DNA of 64,000 nucleotides from Candidatus Bathyarchaeota archaeon (lineage in GTDB: Archaea; Thermoproteota; Bathyarchaeia; Bathyarchaeales; DTEX01): assembly GCA_963714275.1 (NCBI GenBank), contig CAVQNT010000007.1, positions 32,001 through 96,000 on the forward strand. Reading direction: 5' to 3'. Shown here one piece after another: positions 11,227 through 22,539 of the stretch. The number at the start of each line of letters is the position of its first letter. Position 1 is the stretch's first letter. Under the pieces are notes generated by a model that was not told the origin of the DNA, searched no databases, and was given only the letters and a program-made list of their open reading frames with translations. The position numbers and the translations under genes were made by a program.

Positions 11227-12006
11227 TTACAAAAAGAAATCTTCCAGTTTCCTGGTTTCAGTTTCTCTGACGATTTCAGCGCATTTTCTTGGGTCAAGCT
11301 GCCTAAAATCCAGCCCCAATGTCACCAAGAGTTTCTGCACGCCCTTCGCTAATTGGGGAGCAACGAGGATGCCTCTAACTTCGCGATTCACCATGTTCTT
11401 CACAGAGTCAACGTATTTTGCCAGTTGCAGCGTAGACTTCCTTTCCTGCTGTTTTCCGTTTAATCTCGATTATGACCATTCTGCCCTTGTCGTCGACGCC
11501 ATAGACGTCGATGAAGCCCGGCTTTACTTTTTTCTCATACGTGATCAGCCTTAACCCTTCTTCCACAATCGAGGGGTGAAGCAATATCGCCTTCTGCATG
11601 TCCTCCTCGCTTGCGTACAGGGAAAATTCGCCTTTGTCGACAAGGCTCAGGACAGACACCAGATATACATGGTTAAAATGTGCTGCGATAGATTCGTTGG
11701 GCTTTTTCCTAACAGCCTTGATGGTGAGTATGCCCTTTCTACTGCTTGTGTAAAAAACTGAACCCGGTGGCTGCCAGTTTACGGGCTCATAGCCTTTTGG
11801 CCTATGGACCAGAACTGACCCATCTTCTTTCATGATGAGGATTCTTTCGCCCAGTTCCAGCTTTGAGTTGCTCTGCCTTGATATTCGACCCAGCAGCTGC
11901 CGACAACAATGAGCGCCTTATGCCCAGAGGTCGCCACCCTAACAGCCTTCACAGCTTCCTCTAGGCTTGGGTTCTCGTAAACAACAGCGGGTCTTCGTGG
12001 CAGCAA
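11227..12006 (-). CDS. nucS: Endonuclease NucS/EndoMS (split by indels)
   Basis: CWVEYQGRA, KEDGSVLVH...PVNWQPPG, GFIDVYGVD...IIEIKR, VRGILVAP. Confidence 0.9.
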
Positions 12007-12063
12007 CTTTCTTCGACAACCTTTTAGAACAACTAAAATAAATAAGTCTTCTCGGGAACAAAT

Positions 12064-12648
12064 TTGCCGACAACGTGGTTCGAGAAACTCGGAATCATCC
12101 GCCACTACGACAAAATGGCAAACATCTACGATTCCTTATACCGAGAAGAACAAGAACTAAAGATTAAACAAATACTAAGGCATATGGCTGTCCACGATTC
12201 GGACTTAACTTTGGATGAAGGTTGTGGTACAGGTTTCCTTTTTGAACACATCTACAAACAAGGTGCTCACCTCGTCGGGGTAGATTTATCTAAAGGGCTC
12301 TTGAGGATTGCATTAGCCCACGTTAGGCAAGCTGGAACAAGGAATGTTTCGCTGGTTCGGGCGGATGTTGACCATTTGCCCTTCAAAGAACGTGTGTTTG
12401 ACAAGGTCTTTGCGTTGACTCTTCTCCAAGACTCTTCGGACCTAGACGTGACACTAAAAGAAATAATAAGGACGACAAAAGTGGATTCGATGCTTGCGGT
12501 TACGGGGCTCAAGAAAGTTTTCACGGAAGAGCGGTTCAAACAGGCTTTAACGAAAGAAGGCTTGGAAATCAATATTTTGTTGACGCCCGAACAAGTGAAA
12601 GATTTTATCGCTGTTTGTCGGATGCACGTAGAAGCAAAGATTAAATAA
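12064..12648 (+). CDS. Class I SAM-dependent methyltransferase
   Basis: LDEGCGTG motif I, VGVDLS, ADVDHLPF. Confidence 0.85.
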   Translation: MPTTWFEKLGIIRHYDKMANIYDSLYREEQELKIKQILRHMAVHDSDLTLDEGCGTGFLFEHIYKQGAHLVGVDLSKGLLRIALAHVRQAGTRNVSLVRADVDHLPFKERVFDKVFALTLLQDSSDLDVTLKEIIRTTKVDSMLAVTGLKKVFTEERFKQALTKEGLEINILLTPEQVKDFIAVCRMHVEAKIK

Positions 12649-13325
12649 TGGCTTGGCGAAGTAGTAACTCTGGTGAAATACAGTGCCGACTCACGGAAGC
12701 CTGTCTAAAGCAGGAAAAGTCCGTTCGCAGACTCCGAAAATAGAGGCTACTCCGAAAACTAGGAAATCGCCAAAAATAAAGTATCGGAGAAATTTCGAAA
12801 AAAGAATCATGCTGCAAAGAAAACTGGGACAAAACTGGGGCGCGCGCGCGCGCTAGCAAAACCCAAAACAAGACGTCATTGCAAAATTTTTAGTTCAAAA
12901 TCAAAAATATTACTATTTAACCAACTAAAAGTATTAAAAAATACACTTTTATGAAAGATACATCACTTGAGGTTTCTTTTTCTTTGCTTTCTGGATTTTT
13001 ATCGCCAAATATAAAGGACGCTCACAAAAACTCTTCTGGTTACCACCTTCATCATTATTAGCGTCTTTCTCTTTTTGGGGCAAAAGTCTCACTATCTTGA
13101 TTTAGATACTGAGGCTATTTATATTTGTTTAATTCATGGAAAGAGAGCGAGGAATCCCGACTTCTAATAATGTTTGCCCAACCCCAAACCATTGCTCATA
13201 AGGCTTTTCTAGGGGCAGTTAATCGAGCGAGAAGTGTAGGTGACAACAAGGGCTGAGTAAGTGAAGGTATTAGAGGAATAAATTTAAGTTTCTTGTTACT
13301 ATTCAAGATTATGGGGAGTAATTAA

Positions 13326-13794
13326 TTGTTTAGGAAAAAGAAAACAAGAAGCCCATTCAAAGCCTCAATGCCTATAGATAATCCAGACATTAAATTAGTG
13401 GAAGCTCGATACAAAGGTAAACCATTTTTCTTAGCAGTGGGAGTATCTAAACAGAGAGAAGTAAAGGGTTCAGGGCAACTTAGTATGAACGAAGGAGTAA
13501 AAGGAGGTTACCAGACCCAGAAGGATTTAGATTGGGAGGTTCACTATAATATGGGTGCTCTGCCTTCAGGCTTCATGTCAGCTCAGAAGACTTAAAGGCT
13601 TAATGGCTGGAACGGTTTCTGTTGTAAGTGGAAGCACAGGCGTCTATTCTGGAAAATTTTCAGAAACAAACTCAGAAAGTCTTAGTAATATTGAAAATAA
13701 ATTTTCCAACTTTAGAGTTGAGGACATCAATAGCCTTCTTGAATATTTAGGTAGTATTAGTTTGGCAATAAAGAAGAAGAAGAAAAAAGATTAA
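13326..13794 (+). CDS. Hypothetical protein (probably split by an indel)
   Basis: Overlapping ORFs 13326-13595 and 13555-13794, preceded by GGGAG. Confidence 0.45.
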
Positions 13795-14510
13795 AATTTA
13801 ATCCCCAAACCCAAACCGACCTAGTCTTATACGCTAGTGAACCAAAAAAAAATTCTTTACCACCACAACCAGGACAAATTAATGTATCAACTATTTCTGA
13901 CATTCTTTTCTACCATAATCTCCCTTCTTGCTCAGGAATTATCACACCACCGATTGAAGCGTTTACGTCAATACCTTGTGGAATATTCGGTCCACCCTCT
14001 CCAAAGATTACAGCAAAATCTATGATAATGGCTTTATTTGCTGAATTATGAATTGTTATGTTTTGGATTTTCGTTTCACCAGCGTATGCAGTAATTGAAA
14101 ACGTGGATGGTCTTACAGAGATTGGTTCATTAATTGTGAGTGTTCCTTGAACCTGAAAAATGTCCCATGCTCTTACACCCCAATACTGAACAATGATACA
14201 AGTAGTGCTACCAAGATTACTTTCTTATTTGTTTGCATTTTTCATTTCTCCTATTTTTTCCGTGTACTCTTTCTTCCCTTCAATTAGGGACAGGCGGTTT
14301 CACGCCTCCAACAGAGTTTACTGCTAATGCTATAAACCTTTATTATAATTGAACGTATAAGGGGTTATGAAAGATAATTAAGAAAGACAAATCTATTAAA
14401 TAATATCAGTTAAATTTTGTGTGTGAGTAGTATGTAGTGTGTAGTGTAGAGAACACATATAACAGAACATAACGTAACGGCATTAGGTTTGGGTTTGGGA
14501 TTAAAATTTA
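13792..14510. repeat. Segment bounded by about 25-bp imperfect inverted repeats
   Basis: taaaatttaatccccaaacccaaacc (13792-13817) and taggtttgggtttgggattaaaattta (14484-14510). Confidence 0.7.
13909..14245 (-). CDS. Small secreted beta-rich protein (frameshifted, not in the ORF track; coordinates approximate)
   Basis: Read by hand: hydrophobic leader (VILVALLVSLFSIG), then RAWDIFQVQGTLTINEPISVRPSTFSITAYAGETKIQNITIHNSAN. Confidence 0.45.
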
Positions 14511-14622
14511 ATGCACACATAATTTAGGCAAATTAGGCAATTTAGGTGATTTTTTAGGAAGAATCTTAGAATAAACTAAAATTTATATACTGAATGATAT
14601 AATAATATTAAATTGAGGATAA

Positions 14623-15438
14623 TTGCCAAAAGCAGAGAAAAATCTCAAACAAATCTATCATCTGATGGTCGAAAAGTTGAGGCAGTTGAGTAAAGGCGAT
14701 GCTTTTGATAAAACGATGGAAGAAAATAAGAGTTTTAACTACTTAGAAAGGAAGGATAGTTATTTCTTTGAGAAGATGACGCAAGCAGTTTTTGAGAGTG
14801 GTTTGCGTGCTTGGGCATGGGAACCTCACACAAGAGGCATAAAAAAAGCGTTTTGTTATTTCGATGTAAGAAAGGTCGCTGGTTTTGATGATAAGGATGT
14901 AGATAGAATTCTTGTTAGTAATAACATGATTCGTAGGAAACCAAAGATTGAGGCAGTCGTCTATAATGCGGGAAAGATAGTTGAGATAAGCGAGAAGCAT
15001 AATGGTTTTTGGAAATGGATAGACAGCAAAGTGATTAGAAAAGGAGATTTGATCTTTCCAAAGCCTGATTTAATTGAAGAGATCCAGAAAACGTTCAAAT
15101 GGCTGACAGGCATAAACGCTTACTATTTCCTAAAGCTTTGCGGTGTTGATGTTGTTAAGCCAGACTTGAATGTTCGCAGGATATTGTTTAGGCTTGGATT
15201 GATAGAAAGTGACAAAAACAATAAGAAAACGTGGAATCAGATACAAGAGGTTGGAAGAAAGATTTCAAAAGCAACTGGAGAGAGGATAATAAACATTGAT
15301 TATGTCATCTATCTCTATGGTAGTGGTGGAGATCAGTTTTTTGATCACCCAATCTGCACTAAAAAGCCGAAGTGCGAAGAGTGCCCTTTAACAAGTTTTT
15401 GTTATTGGTATAGGAAGGGAAGATTGAAAGTAGGCTAG
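14623..15438 (+). CDS. DNA glycosylase-like protein: 3-methyladenine glycosylase I-like N-terminus plus C-terminal HhH-GPD/Fe-S segment
   Basis: FEKMTQAVFESGL.W, FDVRKVA, MIRRKPKIEAVVYNA; KPDLNVRRILFRLG; CTKKPKCEECPLTSFC. Confidence 0.75.
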   Translation: MPKAEKNLKQIYHLMVEKLRQLSKGDAFDKTMEENKSFNYLERKDSYFFEKMTQAVFESGLRAWAWEPHTRGIKKAFCYFDVRKVAGFDDKDVDRILVSNNMIRRKPKIEAVVYNAGKIVEISEKHNGFWKWIDSKVIRKGDLIFPKPDLIEEIQKTFKWLTGINAYYFLKLCGVDVVKPDLNVRRILFRLGLIESDKNNKKTWNQIQEVGRKISKATGERIINIDYVIYLYGSGGDQFFDHPICTKKPKCEECPLTSFCYWYRKGRLKVG

Positions 15439-15547
15439 CCAGTCAAGTAATATAACTCGAATTTAAATCCATTTTATAAAAAATTAGTAGCGAAGCCTTT
15501 CTAAATTCGTGCTACCACGGTTATTATAGGGGTCTGAGCAGCTTTTT

Positions 15548-17363
15548 TCAGGCTGGATATAAGCTTGCTAAACACAATGCAGCGATTAATACTGAAAGCA
15601 ATATTGTGATTGCCACGATTGCGTTCTGGGATATAACCAGTTCAGGAATTAAGAATATTAAAACAAATGCCAACCCAATCGGTAGCCCAAACAGCGCACC
15701 AGTGAAGACAAGCAGGAACGTCTGAAATAATAGAATCTTTAATATGGTTCCGGGTTTTGTTCCTAACGCACGCATGATGCCCAAGTCTCTCTGCTGACCT
15801 GACACTGAAAGCATAAGGAAACCCATAAGCGAAGTGACAGCGCTTATGAAAGACAAAAGCGAAAGAGAAAGAAGCAGAGACCAAATTTGGCTTATGAAGG
15901 TTATCTGTCTATTTAAAGACTGATCTAAATCAACCATAATCAAGCCTGAGTTAGAAATTACAGCTTCTATTCCTTGAAGTATGCTTGAACGGTTTGAATG
16001 TTCAACCTGCACTAGAAGAATATTATAACCTGAGTGATGAACGATGGAGGACAATCCCTCATAGGGCATGTAGACTACCATCCCGTTATTAAGAGGGTCC
16101 AAACAAACCCCAACAGTATGAAACTCGTGATCGAAGGCTTTGAAGTTTTTGTTGAAAAGGGTCTTCAAAAAATGTTGCAGTGAAAGGGGTCTCCCAATAA
16201 CACGTTGTTCAAGTCTTTATCTTGGATTTTCTCACCGAGAAGCAACCAATCATTTACAAGATCCCCAACATGAACACCCATGATAATAGCGTCACCTTGT
16301 CTTTGGTCTCCAATTACTATGTATTGGCCGGGATTATTAGGATCTGGGGCAATATATTGAGCCTCTTTAACAGAGGTCTCTAAAATCAACCGGGGCGGCT
16401 TCTGATGACTCCGCTGATTTCTTGAATCGCAGAGATAACAGAATCCGGAATCGCATAACTATCATTAAGGTAGTTAAAAGACTCAGATTGGCTTGGCTGA
16501 AGGAACCTATCAAGTAATTGTTCATAATGTTCAGCCATTTCAGTCTTAGTCACAAGAACCACATCTGTACCAACCGCCCTCTGAACGTAGCTAGCGTGGT
16601 TTCTTCAGCAACTATTCCGCCGACGACGATTACAGTCATCAAAGCAATGACTACACCAAGACAGGTAATTGATTGAATAGTCATAGACCATCTTCTACGT
16701 AGAGTCCTAGAAGCAATGCGTACAGTAAGACTCTTGCCAAACAAGAAAGGCAATTTAAAAGTTGACTGTTGAGCAGCCATCACATCTGAAACTTGAGACA
16801 ACGCCTCAGCAGGTTTAATACGAGCTACCCGTCCAGTCAGCCGCAAGCCTAGAATAAAAGAAAATCCAGCGAACATAATAAAAATCAGCAAAATCATCTG
16901 TACATTGAGAGGACCAACTAAGAGATGAAAACCTAAAAGGTTCATCACGCCTGTCGAGACAAAACTTAAGGCAATCCCAACAAAAGTCCCGATCAGGCAG
17001 CCTGCAAGGACGAGAATCAAAAACTCCGATGCGAAATGCTGAAAAACAGCATCAGTTAGGCATCCGACGGCTTTCATGATGCCAATGTCACGAGTCCGAT
17101 TCTGAAGTAGCCACAGACATTAGGAAATAAACAACAAGAACCCCAGTAACACAGTCAAGTATGACCACAAGCAGGATGAACCTGGAAAAAATTACTGAAA
17201 ATCCAACTGTTAACCCACTCGTTGAAAAACCTGCAACCTCAACGCCGAGGTTTTCACCGAAAAGAACAAGTGAAATAGTCACCGAAACGCAGACAGCAAG
17301 GCTAACGATTGTTAATGTTGTCTGAAACTTTCTTCTCGCCAACTCTTTAAGTGGAAACCCCAA
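15548..17363 (-). CDS. ABC transporter permease, FtsX/MacB family (split by several indels)
   Basis: RDIGIMKAVG and RDLGIMRALG FtsX motifs, multiple TM segments. Confidence 0.8.
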
Positions 17364-17372
17364 CCATCCCGC

Positions 17373-18052
17373 CTACTCCTCGGAAACAATTTTTCCGTCT
17401 GACATGACAAGCGTCCGGTCCGCTAACTTCAGGACCCTTTCATCATGCGTGACAACAACCACTGTCTTCTTCTCTTTCAATCCCCTCAAAATGTCAATAA
17501 CCTTCAAGCCTGTGTCCAAATCAAGGTTTCCCGTAGGCTCATCCGCTAACAAAATAAGCGGATCATTAGCAAGCGCCCGAGCGAAAGCTGCCCGTTGCTG
17601 TTCGCCTCCGCTGAGTGGGACGGAAAATGGTCAACTCTACCAGTTAAGCCCACAAGTTTCAGCAGTTCATCTGATTTTTGCTCAATCTGGCTGTCGTCCC
17701 ACCCGGTGAAATGCATGGGAAACGCGAGATTCTCCTTTGCAGTAAGGGTCGAAATTAGGTTGTACGACTGAAAAACGTATCCGATGTTGGTGCACCGGAA
17801 AGTCGCAAGAAAATACTCATCATACTTAACCAGATCATGCCCGAGGACAGAGATCTCGCCTGATGTTAGTTTGTCTAAACCGCCAATAATGTTTAGAAGA
17901 GTCGTTTTTCCCGCCCCAGATGGACCTTGGACAACAATGAATTCGCGAGTCAAAATGGTCAGGTCGACGTCTTTGAGCGCCTCAACTACGGTTCCGCCAA
18001 TATTGTACTCTTTCCGCATGGATAAGGCAACAACAACCTTTTCATTTTCCAT
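17373..18052 (-). CDS. ABC transporter ATP-binding protein, LolD/MacB type (split by an indel)
   Basis: GPSGAGKT, LSGGEQQR, ADEPTGNLD, VVTHD. Confidence 0.9.
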
Positions 18053-18151
18053 AGTCAGTAACGCTTCGAAGCGATTTAACTAGTTATCTAGCGCGCGCGT
18101 AGATCTCTTTGCAATGACTTCTATTAATTCGAATTCGTCTGAGTTAGTGAG

Positions 18152-18814
18152 TTACCTAAGATTAACAAGAGAAATGCAACGACTCAATAAAAATATATTC
18201 TTCCCCGTTACAAAGTATTCCACAGTCATTCGTTCTCTCACGGTATCAACTACTCCCATTTTCTTGAAACGACTCATCTGCCAACTTAAAAGTCTGAGAA
18301 GATATGCCAAGTTCAGAAGTTAACGATTTATGCGAAATTGATTGGTTCTTGGATAAAACTAAAAGAATCCTTCCCAGCGTTTTGTGTCTAAGGAGAGAAA
18401 TCAATCTCATTTCAGACTCTTTAAACCTTCCTGACTGGAAAAATCTCTTGTATCTATTGTCATCATAGACCGAAATCAATTCAGATTTTGTGAGAAGTTT
18501 AAGATGATATTGCACAACGCCGACAGAAAAATCTCAGTTTTCCGCATATGTCCCTGAAGCAGGTCCCAGGATTATCTTCAATGAAGGTGTAGATTTCTAA
18601 CCTCGTTGACTGGTTAAGTAATGACTGATTTTGATAGAAACTTGTGCGGGCTATATCCTGTGTGAAAAAAGTGTATTGGCTGAATACTCTCTGTGAGTGC
18701 AATGGGTGTAGGAAGCGAATGTTTCGAGTCGCTCTGAGAGCAAACCATTTCAGTGAGAAATAGAAATAGGACTAGGGTGCCAAGGGACACTGACAAAATT
18801 TGTCTTCGCTTCAA
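18152..18814 (-). CDS. Double winged-helix transcriptional regulator with hydrophobic N-terminus (split by indels)
   Basis: RLEIYTFIEDNPGTCFRDI, VQYHL, ILLVLSKNQSISHKSLTSELGIS. Confidence 0.7.
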
Positions 18815-18870
18815 ATCACTTCTGCCCCTATCGAAAAATCTAATTAGATTTCCCAGTATTTATCATCTTT

Positions 18871-18903
18871 TGTAAACGATTGTACTAGTGTAAACGATTG
18901 TAC
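18871..18903. promoter_or_regulatory. Tandem 15-bp direct repeat in a divergent promoter (putative operator)
   Basis: tgtaaacgattgtac at 18871-18885 and 18889-18903. Confidence 0.65.
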
Positions 18904-18965
18904 CATAAAATTTATTCTTCTTCCCCATTAACATGATTTAAAGGTATATTTAACAAGGGTTAAAT

Positions 18966-19895
18966 ATGGAAAGTCATTTCCGTCGTCCTATTTTTGAAGG
19001 ATGGAAAAAAGGGAAACTGCTTGTTCCCTTCATCGTTGTTGCCCTTTCTTGGTCCTTATCGTTAATCGTACGGTTTGTTTTTGGTCTTGATGGGATAGGG
19101 CTTTCTGTCGGCGAAGGAATCGATGAGATTGCCAAGGTATGTTTGGCGATTGGGTTAATCTGGCTGTTTCTAAGAAACGTTCCGCCCTCTCCTTACAAAA
19201 AGGGATTCTCCAAGAGGTCCGCCTTAATTGATCTGTCAATTGCAGGAATAGACTGTGCGATCACGGTTCTCTATGGTTTTTTCTTTTATTCTTCTCTTGA
19301 TTATCATTATTATAGTCTTGGTTTTTTCCTCCTTGGAATGGAATATGCGATCATATTATTGTTCACAATCAGACATTACGGAAAGAAAGAGTTAAAGCCC
19401 TTTTTGAAGGACTTAGGACTGCGCACGCCATCAGTAAGAATCATAGTGTGCTGGGTTGCAACAATTGTCATCTTTTTTTCCCCTTATCTACTTAAGTGCA
19501 GGTGCAAACTTTCAGGCGTTTCTTAATGATTATCATAACACTCTCTTCTGGATGCCGAATATTCTGTATATGATCTTTGCCTGGCTTGGTGCTGAAGAGT
19601 TTTTTTCAGAGTCTATTTGCAGACAAGACTTGAGAAGATAATGCCAGTTGGATTGGCAATCATAATTCAATCATTTCTATTCAGTATAATCCATATTCCT
19701 GGCAACGCAGCAGTTTTGGGTTGGGGATGGCGTGTTGTTCCCCATTTGGCGAACACGTTACTCCTAACTAATGGCTTGATTGGAGGATACTTGTGGCATA
19801 GAACGAAGAGTCTGCCAATTCTAATCCTTTACCATTGGGCAATATATCCTCTCATGCCACTCATCTTCTTTCCATCCTATTATTTGCCTAGTTAA
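18966..19895 (+). CDS. CPBP (CAAX/Abi) intramembrane metalloprotease (split by indels)
   Basis: AEEFFFR, FSIIH, RTKSL...H motifs; multiple TM segments. Confidence 0.8.
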
Positions 19896-19968
19896 CATAA
19901 TTATTTGAATCCTTGACATTTATTGATGACAATAGTAGCTAGATAGTGAGCTGGCTTTTCAATTTAAC

Positions 19969-20265
19969 TCATAAAACTTCTCTAAATTCTAACCAGGATT
20001 TTATTACTCTAACTGGGAATTCTCCATTTAAAACATACATGGTTCCTTCTTTTTTTATAAAATCACTTTCTTTCAATAGGTTTAGGACAGCGTAGTATTG
20101 ATTTAGTGAGCAGTTGAGTCTGGAGAAGGTCTGTTCCCTAACCTCTTTACTTGTTTCTAAGCCTCCATCTTTAATCTCATTTGCCAACGTCCTTCCTATG
20201 CGTATGTAGTCTGAGGACTTTAACGCCATTTCTATAATTTTCGGTAATTCCCTCATATTCACCAC
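19969..20265 (-). CDS. Small winged-helix-like protein
   Basis: CSLNQYYAVLNLLKESDFIKKEGTMYVL wHTH pattern; upstream GAGGTG. Confidence 0.6.
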   Translation of the reverse strand: MVNMRELPKIIEMALKSSDYIRIGRTLANEIKDGGLETSKEVREQTFSRLNCSLNQYYAVLNLLKESDFIKKEGTMYVLNGEFPVRVIKSWLEFREVL

Positions 20266-20558
20266 CTCAATTTTGGTTATAGCAAAAATGCATCATCTAT
20301 ACCCTAATTTTCCATTTTTCATTTTTGACTTAGGAACAAAATGAGGACTATTCCGTCAAAGAAATTATATCAAACGACCCTTTAGATTCCTGAATAACAG
20401 CATTTGAGTTTATACCAAAATAGTCGCTTTTGTCGTTTTTGGTTCTACCTTTTAGCCTCCGTATAGTAGTTTACGATTTTAATGGTTGTATAGGACAGTA
20501 AAAGAGTCTAAAAGAGCGGTTGAGTAAATGATTAATTCATTTGTCATGTGGTCACCAG

Positions 20559-20869
20559 TTACTTTTGTCTCTTAGGGTGGGGAATTTCTGGTTCAGGCTT
20601 TGCTTCTTTTTCGCTTTCTGCTTGTGAACTGCTCATTTGCTCTGCCACTGGTGCTACTTCACCGAAATAGTCTTCCTTAGCCTCAACTATATCAGAAGGC
20701 ATCTCTTCTTTAGAAAGTTTAACATTTTCTGCTTCACCTTCCGCCTCTAATCTCTTTGCCTTTCTTTGTTCTGCCTGTTTTTCATTTTTTCCTGATATTC
20801 TTGCAATTCCTTAGGTGGACGTTGTTCAGTCTGTCTCTGTTTCAAAACTGACTTTCCTAACTTACCCAT
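20559..20869 (-). CDS. Charged low-complexity hypothetical protein (frameshifted)
   Basis: Read by hand: MGKLGKSVLKQRQ...EKAKRLEAEGEAE...EKEAKPEPEIPHPKRQK; upstream GGAGGTG. Confidence 0.5.
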
Positions 20870-20938
20870 AACATTCACCTCCTGCAACCTTATTCCCACT
20901 ACTCTGTTTCACATACATCACCTCAAAAGATTGGTTAG

Positions 20939-21214
20939 TTACTGTAGGGCTTGGCTCAAAACTCTTCTGGTTGCTATGGCAACGTCTTCTGCTGTAATTG
21001 TCTCCCGTTCCTTAAAGCTTGGAGCATGAGGAGAACTTTGAGCAATGAGAATAGACTCTTTTGCCACCTTCATGGATGCTTCGTTTAAAGTCCTAATCAT
21101 TTCCTCAACACCTTCTCTGCTTACTCTCTTCGCTCCTGCTTTAGTTAAAAGTCTTCGGACTGCCAAAAATGGGAAACCTTCTCTCCTATGCTTGTCTACT
21201 CTTCTAACTTCCAA
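20939..21214 (-). CDS. Element-encoded archaeal histone-fold protein
   Basis: FPFLAVRRLLTKAGAKRVSREG...KVAKESILIA...RETITAEDVAIA aligns with the host histone at 10121-10336. Confidence 0.8.
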   Translation of the reverse strand: MEVRRVDKHRREGFPFLAVRRLLTKAGAKRVSREGVEEMIRTLNEASMKVAKESILIAQSSPHAPSFKERETITAEDVAIATRRVLSQALQ

Positions 21215-22060
21215 TCAAATCCCTCGCTTCAATCTCACTAATTCTCGCACCGAAATTGTCAAACACTCTTTTTACATGAGTGATATGTTCGCCTTGTCCT
21301 TTGACACGAACAACCCCGTTCTTCAATAGCAATTGTATTGCTCTTTCAAAATCAAATCCATATTTCTTTATTACATTCCTAAAATTGTAACTGCTACTCA
21401 ACTCCTCCAACGAAATCCACTTGAACTCTGGAAGCGCTTTTAAAAATGCTTTCAAAGAGTAATACTCGTACCAAACCCTCAGTTCTTTGAGCGTCTTTTT
21501 GACTCGTCCTCTTGTCTTGCTGTCCGTCTCAAGTCGTAATGAGTGACACGTTTATTGAACGCCTCATGTTTACTTATCTGCACAACAGGAAAATCAATCT
21601 TCTTGAGTTTGTCGAATGTAAACCATAAACTCCCAACACTAATGCCTAATGCTTCGCTTAATTCAGTAAAAGCGCTATACCCATGTTCCTCAAGGTATAA
21701 AACAACCCGAGCCACAAAAGGATTTCTGGCGACATCCTTAATCACATGACTGTTAGAAAATGGAATTATGTCCTTTAGTTCTTTCGCAGGTTTAATGTCT
21801 TGAACTCGCAACTTAACGTCTTCAACTATTACTTTCTCTTCTGCCTTAGTTTCTTCTATCATTGCACCTAAATTATCTTCAGGAAGGTCAAAATCCGCCA
21901 AGTCATCTTGAGTTTCATTAGGCATTAATATTTGGTTCTCCTGTCCTTCTGCAACATCTACTACCTTATTCGTTGAAGGCTTATCGTTAATATTCTCCTT
22001 AACTTGCTTTGTTCTACTCTGCAAACCGAACTCAAACTTCAGACCTTTCACCTTTCCCAC
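21204..22060 (-). CDS. Winged-helix protein with acidic N-terminus (probably one gene split by an indel)
   Basis: VARVVLYLEEHGYSAFTELSEALGISVGSLWFTFDKL; second wHTH-like part in 21204-21455. Confidence 0.6.
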
Positions 22061-22539
22061 TCATTTACTAAAACTATAAAATATTATATTGATTGTAAGA
22101 TTGTCCTTACTTATTGTTAGTGCCTTCATCTGCTCTCAGTCCTCAAATCCACCTACCTATATTATATTATTAGAGTGTGCGAAATTACGATAGTTTTGGT
22201 ATATACCAATTATAAATTAATGGTGAGGAAGTATATAAATTTTAGGTAGCATTTGGTAGCATTGGCAACATAGTGATATTGAAAGCATAAGCCATCTTAA
22301 GGTTAAAATCAACACGTCTTAATCTACCATATTATTAATATTATTAAAACTACCACCACTGTTTCTCCGAGACAACAAAAATAGTGTAGCTGTTCCTCAG
22401 ACGGCATCAAAACTGTTTTACTTGCTCTAACTGCTATTTGCTTTAAATGCCAAAGTGCTATCTGTAAAATTAAGAATATAAATTTAATATATGAAAAAAA
22501 ACGCCACATTAAGGATTTTGTGAGATTATGTCTATAATG

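Noticed and set aside
14415-14548. Short tandem repeats (gtagtgt-like; aatttaggc x3)
   Set aside because: Low-complexity and too short to support a function; not a CRISPR array
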